NCBI GenBank assembly: GCA_003450735.1
Contig: DMEZ01000013.1
Location: 1 to 61,410, forward strand
DNA: 61,410 bases
Source of the DNA: Elusimicrobiota bacterium
GTDB taxonomy: Bacteria > Elusimicrobiota > Elusimicrobia > UBA1565
Direction of reading: 5' to 3'
The notes beneath the pieces were generated by a model. The model was given only the letters and a program-made list of their open reading frames with translations, was not told the DNA's origin and did no database searches. The translations under genes and the position numbers were made by a program. Position 1 is the stretch's first letter, and the number at the start of each line of letters is the position of its first letter. Positions 35,736 through 45,142 of this stretch are shown here, piece after piece.

Positions 35736-37148
35736 TCAGAACTCCGCCGAGCGCGGCACGCGCGGGTAGGGGATCACGTCCCGGATGTTGGACATCCCGG
35801 TCACGAACTGCACCGTGCGCTCCAAGCCCAGCCCGAAGCCCGCGTGCGGCACCGTCCCGAAGCGGCGCAGGTCGAGGTACCACCCGTAGTCCTCGGGCTT
35901 CATGTTCATCGCCCGGATGCGGCCTTCCAGCACGTCGAGCCGCTCCTCGCGCTGGGAGCCGCCGATGATCTCGCCGATCTTCGGCACCAGCACGTCCATC
36001 GCGGCCACCGTGCGCTCGCCGCCGTGATCTGCGGCGTCGTCGTTCATGCGCATGTAGAACGCCTTGATCTTGGCCGGGTAATTCATGAGGATGACCGGCT
36101 TCTTGAACTTCTCCTCGGTCAGGTAGCGCTCGTGCTCGGTCTGCAGATCCACGCCCCAGGACACCGGGAACTCCCAGGTCTTGCCCGACGCCTTGAGGAT
36201 CTCCACCGCCTCCGTGTAGGAGAGGCGCACGAAGTCGCTCTGGATGATGTGCTTGAGCGTGTCGGGCAGGGTCTTGTCGTTGCGCTCGCTCAGGAAGGCG
36301 ACGTCCTTTGGACAGCGCTCCAGGGTCTTGGACAAGATGTGCTTGAGGAAGGCCTCGGCGAGGTCCGCGTCGTCATCGAGGTCGCAGAAGGCCATCTCCG
36401 GCTCGACCATCCAGAACTCGGAGAGGTGGCGGGGCGTGTTCGAGTTCTCGGCCCGGAAGGTCGGGCCGAAGGTGTAGATCTTGTCCAGGGCGCAGGCGTA
36501 GGTCTCGCCCTCGAGCTGGCCCGACACGGTCAGGAAGGTCGGGCGGCTGAAGAAATCCTGGCTGTAGTCGATCTTCCCGTCCGCGCCGCGGGGGGGCTTC
36601 TCGAAGTCGAGGGTGCTGACGCGGAACATCTGCCCCGCGCCCTCGCAGTCGCTGCCCGTCACGATGGGCGTATGGACGTACAGGAAGCCCCGCTCCTGGA
36701 AGAAGCCGTGGACCGCGGCGCAGACCGCGTTGCGCACGCGCGCCACCGCGCCGAAGGTGTTGGTGCGGGGGCGCAGGTGGGCCACCGTGCGCAAAAACTC
36801 CATCGTGTGCTTCTTGGGCTGGATGGGGAAGGTCTCGTCGGCCCGGCCGAGCAGCTCCACCTCGGAGGCCTTGAGCTCCACCGCCTGCCCCTTGCCCGGG
36901 CTCGCCGCGAGCTCGCCGCGGACGAGCACCGAACAGCCGGCGGTGAGGCGCACGACGACGCTCTCGTAGTTCGAAAGCGAAGCCTCGGCCATCACCTGGA
37001 TGCTCTCGAAGCAGGAGCCGTCGTTGACCGTGATGAAGCTGAACCCGCCCTTGCTGCAGCGCAGGGTCCTGACCCAGCCGGCGAGGACGATCTTCCCGCC
37101 GGGGGGCGAGGCCAGCGCCTCGCGCACGAGGGAGCGCTTCGGGAACAT
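35736..37148 (-). CDS. asnS: Asparagine--tRNA ligase
   Basis: Class II aaRS motifs ([12 protein letters not shown]). N-terminal OB-fold anticodon-binding domain. AsnS-specific length. Confidence 0.9.
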   Translation of the reverse strand: MFPKRSLVREALASPPGGKIVLAGWVRTLRCSKGGFSFITVNDGSCFESIQVMAEASLSNYESVVVRLTAGCSVLVRGELAASPGKGQAVELKASEVELLGRADETFPIQPKKHTMEFLRTVAHLRPRTNTFGAVARVRNAVCAAVHGFFQERGFLYVHTPIVTGSDCEGAGQMFRVSTLDFEKPPRGADGKIDYSQDFFSRPTFLTVSGQLEGETYACALDKIYTFGPTFRAENSNTPRHLSEFWMVEPEMAFCDLDDDADLAEAFLKHILSKTLERCPKDVAFLSERNDKTLPDTLKHIIQSDFVRLSYTEAVEILKASGKTWEFPVSWGVDLQTEHERYLTEEKFKKPVILMNYPAKIKAFYMRMNDDAADHGGERTVAAMDVLVPKIGEIIGGSQREERLDVLEGRIRAMNMKPEDYGWYLDLRRFGTVPHAGFGLGLERTVQFVTGMSNIRDVIPYPRVPRSAEF

Positions 37149-37149
37149 A

Positions 37150-37773
37150 TCAGACGGTGAAGAGGCGGTCGCCCGCGTCGCCCAGGCCCGGCACGATGTA
37201 GCCGTGCGTGTTGAGCACCGGGTCCACGGCCGCGGTGAAGATGTGCACGTCCGGGTGCTCGCGGTGCACGCGGCGGATGCCGGTGCGGGTCGCGAGCAGC
37301 GTCACGAGGCGCACGTCCTTCGCCCCGTCCGTCTTGAGGATGCGCACCGCCTCGGCGGCCGAGCCGCCGGTGGCGAGCATCGGGTCGAGCAGGAGCACGA
37401 AGCTCTTGTCGAGCCCGGCGGGCAGGCGCACGTAGTAGCGGATCGGGTTGAGCGTCTCCTCGTTGCGGTAGAGCCCGATGTGGCCCTCGCGCGCCTCGGG
37501 GAGGATGCGGCTCAAGCCCGGCATCATCCCGAGGCCCGCGCGGAGGATGGCCACGAGCGCGGCCGGCTGGCCGAGCTTGCGCGCGGAGGCGGTCTTGAGC
37601 GGGGTCGCGACCTGCTCGGGCTGGGTCTTGACGCCCTTCAGGGCCTCGAGGCCGAGGATGAGCCCGGCGTTCTCCATGAGCTCCTTGAAGCGGGGCCTCG
37701 GGGTGGCCTTGTCGCGCAGGCCGGCGAGGGCGTGCTGGAGGACGGGATGGTCGCAGACGATGAGCTTGCTCAC
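37150..37773 (-). CDS. upp: Uracil phosphoribosyltransferase
   Basis: GTG start overlapping the deoA stop (GTGA). PRPP-binding motif [14 protein letters not shown]-terminal [12 protein letters not shown]. Confidence 0.9.
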   Translation of the reverse strand: MSKLIVCDHPVLQHALAGLRDKATPRPRFKELMENAGLILGLEALKGVKTQPEQVATPLKTASARKLGQPAALVAILRAGLGMMPGLSRILPEAREGHIGLYRNEETLNPIRYYVRLPAGLDKSFVLLLDPMLATGGSAAEAVRILKTDGAKDVRLVTLLATRTGIRRVHREHPDVHIFTAAVDPVLNTHGYIVPGLGDAGDRLFTV

Positions 37774-39080
37774 TGGATCACCTTCAGGATGGTCTTGCGG
37801 GGCGCGGGCGCCTTGCGCCCCACATCCAAAGCGCTCTGGGCCATCTTGAGGCCCTCTCCCAGGCGCTTCGCGTCCGAGGCATAGACCGAAGCCAGGGTCT
37901 CGCCCTTGCGCACCCGGTCGCCGAGCTTGCGGCGCAGGGTGAAGCCGGCGCCGAAATCGATCTTGTCTTCCTGGCGGTCCCGCCCGGCGCCCAGGGCCAC
38001 CGCGGCGCGGCCGAAGAGCTTGGCGTCGAGCCGGGTGAGGAAGCCCTCCGCGGGCGCCTTCAGCTCGGCCTTGAGCCTGGAGACGGGGAGGAAGCGCTCG
38101 GGGTCGTCGGCCACGCGCGGGTCGCCGCCCTGCGCCTTCACCATCTCCTTGAAGCGCTTGAGCGGCTTGCCGGTCAGGATGAGCTTCTTGAGGCGCTCGG
38201 CGCCCTTGCGCCAGTCCTTCTCGAGGCGGCCCAGCACCAGCATCCAGCCGCCCAGGGTGAAGAGCACTTCGGCGTAATCGGAGGCCGTGAAGTCGCCGCG
38301 CAGGATGTCCACCGCCTGACGGATCTCCAGGGCGTTGCCCACCTGCAGGCCCAGGGGCTGCTCCATGTCGGTCATCACGGCCACGCAGCGCAGGCCCGAG
38401 CCGCAGGCGGTGCGCACCAGGTCGCAGGCCAGCCCTTCGGCCTGCTTCGGGTCCTTGAAGAAAGCGCCCGAGCCGCACTTCACGTCCATGATGAGGCCGT
38501 CGAGGTCCTCGGCGAGCTTCTTCGAGAGGATGCTCGCGACGATGAGCGGGCGCGACTCCACGGTCGCGGTCGCGTCGCGCAGGGCGTAGAGCTTGCCGTC
38601 GGCCGGGGCGAGGTCGCCGCTCTGCCCGAACATGCACACGCCGAGCCGCTTCACCTGCCGCTCGACCGCGGGGATGGGGATGCGCACCTTGAAGCCGCGG
38701 ATGCTCTCGAGCTTGTCGAGCGTGCCGCCCGTGTGGCCCAGCCCGCGGCCCGACATCATCGGGACCGCCGCGCCGGCCACGGCCAGGAGGGGGGCGAGCG
38801 GGATGGAGATGCCGTCCCCCACGCCGCCGGTCGAGTGCTTGTCCACCTTGGGCGCCTTGACCTTGGAGAGGCGCACGGTGCGCCCCGAGCGGGCCATCGC
38901 CCGGGTGAAGGCGACGGTCTCCGTGCGGCTCATTCCGTTGAGCCGCACGGCCATCAGCCAGGCGGAGAGCTGGTAGTCCGGCACCGAGCCCGAGGCCGCG
39001 GCCTTGGCGATGAACTCGAGCTCCGCGGGGGCGTGCTCGAGGCGGTCGCGCTTCTTGGCGATGAGGTCGAGCATCCTCAT
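37770..39080 (-). CDS. deoA: Thymidine/pyrimidine-nucleoside phosphorylase
   Basis: KHSTGGVGD and HTGGTLDKLE motifs. A 437-aa product from the internal ATG. The upstream 86 codons of the long ORF look non-coding. Confidence 0.85.
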   Translation of the reverse strand: MRMLDLIAKKRDRLEHAPAELEFIAKAAASGSVPDYQLSAWLMAVRLNGMSRTETVAFTRAMARSGRTVRLSKVKAPKVDKHSTGGVGDGISIPLAPLLAVAGAAVPMMSGRGLGHTGGTLDKLESIRGFKVRIPIPAVERQVKRLGVCMFGQSGDLAPADGKLYALRDATATVESRPLIVASILSKKLAEDLDGLIMDVKCGSGAFFKDPKQAEGLACDLVRTACGSGLRCVAVMTDMEQPLGLQVGNALEIRQAVDILRGDFTASDYAEVLFTLGGWMLVLGRLEKDWRKGAERLKKLILTGKPLKRFKEMVKAQGGDPRVADDPERFLPVSRLKAELKAPAEGFLTRLDAKLFGRAAVALGAGRDRQEDKIDFGAGFTLRRKLGDRVRKGETLASVYASDAKRLGEGLKMAQSALDVGRKAPAPRKTILKVIQ

Positions 39081-39084
39081 GCGC

Positions 39085-39987
39085 TCAACCCTCCTGCAGG
39101 CCCTCGAGCAGGCTCTCGAGGAAGCTGCGGATGACCCCGGCCATCTTCTGGCCGAGGGCCAGCACGTCGCTGTGCTCCAGGTTCTCCTTGGAGAGGCCGG
39201 CGGCCATGTTCGAGATCCAGCCGAAGGCGAGCACCTCCATGCCGATCTGCCGCGCGGTGATGGACTCCGGCACGACGGACATGCCGACCACGGTGCCGCC
39301 GAGCTGGGCGAAGGCCCGGATCTCGGCGGGAGTCTCATAGGAGGGTCCGCCCACCGCGGTGTAGACGCCCTCGTGGGCGGTGATCTTGAGCTTTTTGCAG
39401 AGCTCGAGCGCCTTCCTGCGCAGGGCCGGGGTGTAGGCGCCGGCGAGATCGGGGAACATCTCGCCGAACTCCTTGGTGTGGTAGCCTCGCAGAGGGTTGG
39501 CCCCCATGAAGTTCATGTGGTCGTTCATGAAGACGAGGTCGCCGGGCTTGATCTCCTCGCGCAGGGAGCCCACGGCGGCGCTCAGGACGAGCTTCTTGGC
39601 CCCGAGGGCCTTGAGGACGCGGACCGGGAGGGTGATGGCGTCCATCGTGTGCCCCTCGTAATAGTGGAAGCGTCCCTGCATGATGGCGACCCCGAGCGAC
39701 CCCATCTCGCCCAGGACCAGCTTGCCCGCGTGCCCGCTCACCGTCGGCTTGGGGAAGCCCGGGATGTCGGAGTAGGAGATGACGACTTGGTTCTGCAAAG
39801 TCGGGACGGCGCCGGAGAGCCCGCTGCCCAGGATGATGCCCACATCGGGGGACTTCGGAGCGGCGGCTCCGAGTCCCTGGATGCGGCCTTCCAGGAAGGC
39901 GGCGGCTTCCTGGATGCGCTTGAGATAGTCGACGCGGTCGTGGTCTCTGTTCACTTTTTTTCTTTGGAAGTTGCGGTTTTTCCTCAA
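39085..39987 (-). CDS. punA: Purine nucleoside phosphorylase (PNP/MTAP family I)
   Basis: Motifs GIILGSGL, VGMSVVPE, YETPAE. The exact start is uncertain. Confidence 0.8.
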   Translation of the reverse strand: MRKNRNFQRKKVNRDHDRVDYLKRIQEAAAFLEGRIQGLGAAAPKSPDVGIILGSGLSGAVPTLQNQVVISYSDIPGFPKPTVSGHAGKLVLGEMGSLGVAIMQGRFHYYEGHTMDAITLPVRVLKALGAKKLVLSAAVGSLREEIKPGDLVFMNDHMNFMGANPLRGYHTKEFGEMFPDLAGAYTPALRRKALELCKKLKITAHEGVYTAVGGPSYETPAEIRAFAQLGGTVVGMSVVPESITARQIGMEVLAFGWISNMAAGLSKENLEHSDVLALGQKMAGVIRSFLESLLEGLQEG

Positions 39988-40032
39988 GAATTCTCTGGCC
40001 GGAGTTTAGCATTTTTTTATACCATCCCGTTT

Positions 40033-40848
40033 ATGAGCGTCGACGAGCTCAAAACCTTGGCACGCGGGCTTCGCGTGGACATCGTCCGCATGATCGAGGC
40101 GGCCGGCTCGGGGCATCCGGGCGGCTCGCTCTCCGTCGTGGACATCCTGGCGGCGCTCTACACGCGCGTCCTGCGCCACCGCCCCGAAGAGCCAGGCTGG
40201 CCGGAGCGCGACCGGTTCCTCCTCTCGAAAGGCCACGCCTGCCCCGCGCTCTACGCGGTGCTCGCCCACTGCGGCTACTTCCCTAAGGAAAAGCTCTCCA
40301 CTCTGCGCCGGCTCGACAGCCCGCTCCAGGGCCACCCCGACCGCCTCCGCCTGCCCGGCGTCGAGGCCTCCACCGGCTCGCTCGGCCTGGGGCTCTCCAT
40401 CGGGATCGGCATGGCCCTCGCGGCCAAGCTCGACAAGAAGGGCTTCCACACCTGGTGCGTGCTCGGAGACGGCGAGATGCAGGAAGGCCAGGTCTGGGAG
40501 GCCGCCATGGCCGCGCCCCAGCTCAAGCTGGGCAATCTCTCCATGATCGCGGACTTGAACGGGGGCCAGATCGACGGGCCCGTCGCCGAGGTCATGGACC
40601 TCGAGCCGCTCTCCGACAAGCTGAAGGCCTTCCGCTGGGACGTCCGCGTCATCGACGGCCACGATTTCAAGCAGATCCTCGATGCGTTGGAGTGGGCCGC
40701 GGCCGCGAAGGACCGCCCCGCCGCCATCCTCGCCAAGACGGTCAAGGGCAAGGGCGTCTCGTTCATGGAAGGCGTCATCGACTGGCACGGCAAGGCCCCG
40801 AACAAGGACGAAGCCGACCGGGCCGTGCGGGAGATCGAGAGTGCCTAA
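40033..40848 (+). CDS. Transketolase, N-terminal (thiamine diphosphate-binding) subunit
   Basis: GSGHPGGSLS, GDGEMQEG and SKGHA motifs. Split-type transketolase. Confidence 0.85.
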   Translation: MSVDELKTLARGLRVDIVRMIEAAGSGHPGGSLSVVDILAALYTRVLRHRPEEPGWPERDRFLLSKGHACPALYAVLAHCGYFPKEKLSTLRRLDSPLQGHPDRLRLPGVEASTGSLGLGLSIGIGMALAAKLDKKGFHTWCVLGDGEMQEGQVWEAAMAAPQLKLGNLSMIADLNGGQIDGPVAEVMDLEPLSDKLKAFRWDVRVIDGHDFKQILDALEWAAAAKDRPAAILAKTVKGKGVSFMEGVIDWHGKAPNKDEADRAVREIESA

Positions 40849-41779
40849 GGCCACGCGTCAGGCCTTCGGCGAGGCCCTCGCCGAGCTCGCCGCCTCCAGG
40901 CCCCAGGTCGTCGTCCTCGACGCCGACCTCTCCAAGTCCACGATGACGAGCCTCTTCGGCAAGAAGTTCCCGGAGCGGCGCTTCCAGTTCGGCATCGCCG
41001 AAGCCAACATGATCGGCGCGGCGGCGGGCCTGGCGCTCTGCGGCAAGGTCCCGGTCGTCAGCAGCTTCGCCTGCTTTTTGGTCGGACGCCTCGAGACGAT
41101 CCGCGTCTGCGCGGCCTACAACCGCACGAACGTGAAGCTCGTGGGCACCCACGCGGGGCTCGGCATCGGAGACGACGGCGCCTCCCAGATGGGCCTCGAG
41201 GACCTCGGCGCCCTGCGCTCCCTGCCCAACCTGAGCATCCTTCAGCCCGCTGACGAGCTCGAGACCCGGCAGATGACCGAGTGGATGCTGGACCACGACG
41301 GCCCCGTCTACCTGCGCCTCACGCGCCAGAAGACGGCCGACGTCCACGGCCCGGACTACCGCTTCAAGCTCGGCGCCGCGGACACGGTCTACGAGCCTCC
41401 GCCCGGAGCGCCCCTGCAGGCCACCCTCTTCGCGAGCGGGGGGACGGTCGGCGAGGCGGTGAAGGCGGCGCGAGCCCTGATGGATCGGGGATTCAGGGCT
41501 CGCGCCGTCAACTGCGGCTCCCTCGTCCCCTTCGACGAAGAAGCGGTCGTCCGGGCCGCCCAGGACAGCGCCCGGCTCGTGACCCTCGAGGACCACCACG
41601 TCAACGGCGGCCTCGGCAGCGCCGTCTGCGAGGCGGCCGCGCGGCGCGCCTGCGCCGTCCCCGTCCTGCGGCTCGGGGCCACGGAGTTCGGAGAGTCCGG
41701 GACGGCCGAAGAGCTCTACGAGAAGCGGGGCCTCTCCTGGTCGCACGCCGCCGAGGCCTGCCTCAGGAACCTGGCGTAG
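40841..41779 (+). CDS. Transketolase, C-terminal (pyrimidine-binding) subunit
   Basis: GTG start overlapping the upstream stop. FGIAEANMIGAAAGLA motif. Transketolase C-terminal domain. Confidence 0.85.
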   Translation: MPKATRQAFGEALAELAASRPQVVVLDADLSKSTMTSLFGKKFPERRFQFGIAEANMIGAAAGLALCGKVPVVSSFACFLVGRLETIRVCAAYNRTNVKLVGTHAGLGIGDDGASQMGLEDLGALRSLPNLSILQPADELETRQMTEWMLDHDGPVYLRLTRQKTADVHGPDYRFKLGAADTVYEPPPGAPLQATLFASGGTVGEAVKAARALMDRGFRARAVNCGSLVPFDEEAVVRAAQDSARLVTLEDHHVNGGLGSAVCEAAARRACAVPVLRLGATEFGESGTAEELYEKRGLSWSHAAEACLRNLA

Positions 41780-41781
41780 CT

Positions 41782-42453
41782 GTGCGTTCCCTTCCCTTCT
41801 TTCTGCTCACGGCTTGGACGCCGTGCGCCTTCGCGCAGACGAACCCGAACTATCTGCCGGTCTTCGAATCCGGCATGAAGTCGGCCGGCCTTCAACTGGG
41901 CCTGAACCGGCCGATGGCGACTCGGGATTTCGATCAGGACGTAGGCCCAGGGGCGGCTTTGAACCTGTCTGGGAGCTACTTCGTCTTGGATTGGATCGCG
42001 ATCGGAGCCGAGCTTGGCTATGTCACGTTCGGAGCTCGGACCCACGCCGAGACGGACGCAGTGGGAACCACCGCCGACATAGAGCGAGAAGCCGCAGGAT
42101 TTTATGCAGACATCATCGGGCGGTTCAATCTCGTGCGTGAACGGACATGGACGCCGTATGTCCTCGGCGGCGTAGGGCGCCATACCGTCGTGATGGCCAT
42201 CACATCGAAGACTCCAGGCGCCCTCCTCTGCTCGACCTCTGGACAGTGCTCCTCGACCGCCACAGGCTCAGCCGGGAGCGGCATGACATGGACCGTCGGA
42301 GCAGGCGCCGAGTTCTTCATCATCCGCGGCATGACCCTGTCCCTGGAGGCCCGCTACCGCCAGTTCAATCTCAACAAGCAATTCCTCATTCCCAACTCCA
42401 TTGAGTCCTTGAGTTATCAGCTTGGCATGACATTTTATTTCGGTCACTCATGA
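41782..42453 (+). CDS. Outer-membrane beta-barrel protein (OmpA/OmpW-like small barrel), copy 1
   Basis: GTG start. Signal peptide VRSLPFFLLTAWTPCAFAQ. Alternating beta-strand pattern. C-terminal aromatic YFGHS. Confidence 0.45.
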   Translation: MRSLPFFLLTAWTPCAFAQTNPNYLPVFESGMKSAGLQLGLNRPMATRDFDQDVGPGAALNLSGSYFVLDWIAIGAELGYVTFGARTHAETDAVGTTADIEREAAGFYADIIGRFNLVRERTWTPYVLGGVGRHTVVMAITSKTPGALLCSTSGQCSSTATGSAGSGMTWTVGAGAEFFIIRGMTLSLEARYRQFNLNKQFLIPNSIESLSYQLGMTFYFGHS

Positions 42454-43019
42454 TGCCCCTTCATCGCCTGCGAAGCCTGGCGGCTCCGCTGCTCTTCTTC
42501 TGGGCCGCAACGGCCTCGGCCCAGTCGGCGCCGGGCTACACCCCTCTATTCGATGAAGGCCTCAAGTCGGTCGCGCTCCGTCTAGGAGCTTCGCGCCCCA
42601 CTCCTTCCAACGGCTTCGACAAGGACGCCAAGGCCGGCCCGGGGCTCTCCCTGCAGGGGCTCTACTACGCCTGGGACTGGGTCGGCGTCGGAGCCGACCT
42701 GGGCTATCATACCTTCGGGAAGGACGCGAATGCTCTCGCGCTCGATGCCATCGTCCGATTGAACTTCCTTCGGGAGTCTTCATGGTCGCCTTATCTTATG
42801 GGAGGGGCTGGCCACGCCCAGAGCTCGGTGACCCGCAACGGCGCGAAAGAGTCGTCGACCGGAGGCTCCTTCCTCGCCGCCGGAGGGATCGAGGCCTTCG
42901 TCCTGCGCGGCATGAGCGTCTCCTTCGAGGCGCGCTTTACGGCGTTCCGGGGAGGCGGCAGCGGGGTCGAGTCCCTCGCCTACCTGCTCGGGGCCGCGTT
43001 CTGGTTCGGCTACGACTGA
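42450..43019 (+). CDS. Outer-membrane beta-barrel protein, tandem paralog (copy 2)
   Basis: ATGA overlap. Signal peptide ...AATASAQS. Same architecture as copy 1 (PLFDEGLKS..., C-terminal FWFGYD). Confidence 0.45.
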   Translation: MMPLHRLRSLAAPLLFFWAATASAQSAPGYTPLFDEGLKSVALRLGASRPTPSNGFDKDAKAGPGLSLQGLYYAWDWVGVGADLGYHTFGKDANALALDAIVRLNFLRESSWSPYLMGGAGHAQSSVTRNGAKESSTGGSFLAAGGIEAFVLRGMSVSFEARFTAFRGGGSGVESLAYLLGAAFWFGYD

Positions 43020-43095
43020 GGGCCCGCCCTTCCCTCTTTGACCAAGAGTCTCAAAAAGGAGTAGCATCCCGCTCAGGCGTCCTGGAGGCACAGTC

Positions 43096-45132
43096 ATGGA
43101 TCTGATGCTCGCCGCCGTGGTCCGCATCGAGTTCTGGCTCGCCGTGGCCGGACTCTTCGTCGTCTACCATTCCATCGTCATCGTGGGCGGGACGCAGATC
43201 GCCATCCTCGAGCGCCGCTGGCTCGGCCGCAAGCTGCCGGGCGGCCGCGTGGTGGCCTACTCGACCGAGGTCGGCATGCAGGCGCGCACGCTCGCGCCGG
43301 GCCTGCACTTCGTCATCCCCTTCATCTACCGCGTCGAGAAGACCCCGATGCTCAAGATCGGCGAGGATGAAGTGGGCCTCATGGAGTCCATCGACGGGGT
43401 GCCGGTGGAGCCGGGCCGCATCTTCGCCCGCGTCGTGGAAGGGCACTCCCTGTTCCAGGACGGCGAGACCTTCCTTAAGAACGGCGGGGAGAAGGGCCCC
43501 CAGCTCGAGGTCCTGCCTCCCGGCCTCTACCGCATCAACCCCTATCTCTTCCGGGTCGAGCGCGTCCCCATGACGCGCGTGCCCAACTCGCAGATCGGCA
43601 TCGTGGTGGCGACCGACGGCAGGCCCATCGAGTCGCCACGGCTGCTGGGCAAGAAGATCGAGGGGCACAACAACTTCCAGGACGGCCGGGCCTTCCTCGA
43701 GAAGGGCGGCCAGAAGGGCCCCCAGATCGACGTGCTCCTGCCCGGCTCCTTCCGCATCAACACCAAGCTCTTCCAGGTCGAGATCAAGCCCGCGATCATG
43801 GTCCAGGCGACCAAGGTCGGCCTGGTCACCGCCCGGGACGGCGAGCCCCTCCCCCAGGGCGAGTACGTCGCCAAGACCGTGGAGGGCGACGAGGAGTTCC
43901 AGAACGCCGCCGCCTTCCTGGCCAACGGAGGCCAGCGCGGCCCGCAGTTCGACTTCCTGCGGCCGGGCACCTACTACGTGAACCCGCTGATGTTCGAGGT
44001 GGGAGTGGCCGACGTCCTGCTGGTCCAGCGCGGCGAGGTCGCCGTCATCGTCTCCAACGTGGGCAAGGACCCCTCCCGTCCCGCCCAGGCCGAGCCGGAG
44101 AACCGCCTGATCCAGGGCGTGGAGCGCTACGTGGTCGAGCCCGGCTACCGCGGTATCCAGCGCGAGGTGCTCGGGCCCGGGACCTACTACATCAACCGCT
44201 GGGCCTTCACCCCGCACCTCATCCCGACGGTCAACATCACCATCGACTGGGCGGACACCAAGCCGACCAAGGATATGCCCGTCGTATTCAACCCCTTGGC
44301 CATCGTGTCCAAGGACGGCTTCGAGATGACCGTCGAGGTCAAGGTCATCATCCGGGTCCTGCCCCAGCAGGCGCCGCACATGGTCGCCCGCATCGGCACC
44401 ATCCAGAACCTCATCGAGGCGGTCATCCATCCGCTCATCGACAGCTCCTTCCGCAACCAGGCCTCCTCCACGGAGGCGATGAACTTCATGCAGGACCGCC
44501 ACGAGCAGCAGCGGCTGGCGGAGCAGCACGTCATCGAGGAGCTCAAGCGCTACTACGTCGAGTGCGTGAGCGTGCTCATCTGCCAGATCAAGCTGCCCGA
44601 GCGGCTGATGCAGACCCTCACCAACAAGGTCGTGGCCACCCAGCAGAAGTCCATGTTCGACGCCCAGCAGGAGGCCGAGGGCCGCCGCAAGGAGATGGAG
44701 AAGACCAAGGCCCAGGCGGACCTCCAGCCCTCGCTCGTGAAGGCCGAGATCGACGTGCAGATCGCCAGCCAGCAGAAGCAGCAGGCCATCGTCCTGGCCG
44801 AGGGCAAGGGGCAGTCCACCCGTCTCGAGCAGGAGGGCGTCGCGGCCGGCGTCGAGGCGGTGGGGCGCGCCGAGGGCGAGAAGATCCGCGCCATCGGGCA
44901 GGCCACGGCCGAGGCCTACCAGAAGCAGGCGAACGCCCTGGGGATGCTTCCTCTCGCGATGATCGAGGTCATGCGCCGGGTCTCCGAGGGCAAGGTCAAG
45001 ATCACCCCGGACGTGGTCGTGAGCGGCGGGGGGGGCGCGGACAACAACGCCAACATGTCCGGCGTCCTCTCCGCGTTCATGGCCTCGATCATGGCGGACA
45101 AGCTCTCCGCCCGCGGTCCGGACAAACCCTGA
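43096..45132 (+). CDS. Flotillin-like SPFH/band-7 family protein (YqiK-like) with three internal repeats
   Basis: N-terminal TM. Three repeats FQDG.xFLxxGGxKGPQ...PG.YRIN...F. Long coiled-coil/Ala-Gln-rich C-terminal half. Confidence 0.75.
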   Translation: MDLMLAAVVRIEFWLAVAGLFVVYHSIVIVGGTQIAILERRWLGRKLPGGRVVAYSTEVGMQARTLAPGLHFVIPFIYRVEKTPMLKIGEDEVGLMESIDGVPVEPGRIFARVVEGHSLFQDGETFLKNGGEKGPQLEVLPPGLYRINPYLFRVERVPMTRVPNSQIGIVVATDGRPIESPRLLGKKIEGHNNFQDGRAFLEKGGQKGPQIDVLLPGSFRINTKLFQVEIKPAIMVQATKVGLVTARDGEPLPQGEYVAKTVEGDEEFQNAAAFLANGGQRGPQFDFLRPGTYYVNPLMFEVGVADVLLVQRGEVAVIVSNVGKDPSRPAQAEPENRLIQGVERYVVEPGYRGIQREVLGPGTYYINRWAFTPHLIPTVNITIDWADTKPTKDMPVVFNPLAIVSKDGFEMTVEVKVIIRVLPQQAPHMVARIGTIQNLIEAVIHPLIDSSFRNQASSTEAMNFMQDRHEQQRLAEQHVIEELKRYYVECVSVLICQIKLPERLMQTLTNKVVATQQKSMFDAQQEAEGRRKEMEKTKAQADLQPSLVKAEIDVQIASQQKQQAIVLAEGKGQSTRLEQEGVAAGVEAVGRAEGEKIRAIGQATAEAYQKQANALGMLPLAMIEVMRRVSEGKVKITPDVVVSGGGGADNNANMSGVLSAFMASIMADKLSARGPDKP

Positions 45133-45142
45133 GCGGGATCCC

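Noticed and set aside
37150-38637. 495-aa ORF 37150..38637(-) as a single gene
   Set aside because: Only the last 207 codons (upp, GTG 37773) are real. Upstream codons are an alternative frame across deoA.
39004-40854. 614-aa ORF 39004..40848(+) N-terminal 343 codons, and 40006..40854(-)
   Set aside because: Upstream of ATG 40033 the frame runs antisense through punA. The true transketolase N-subunit starts at 40033.
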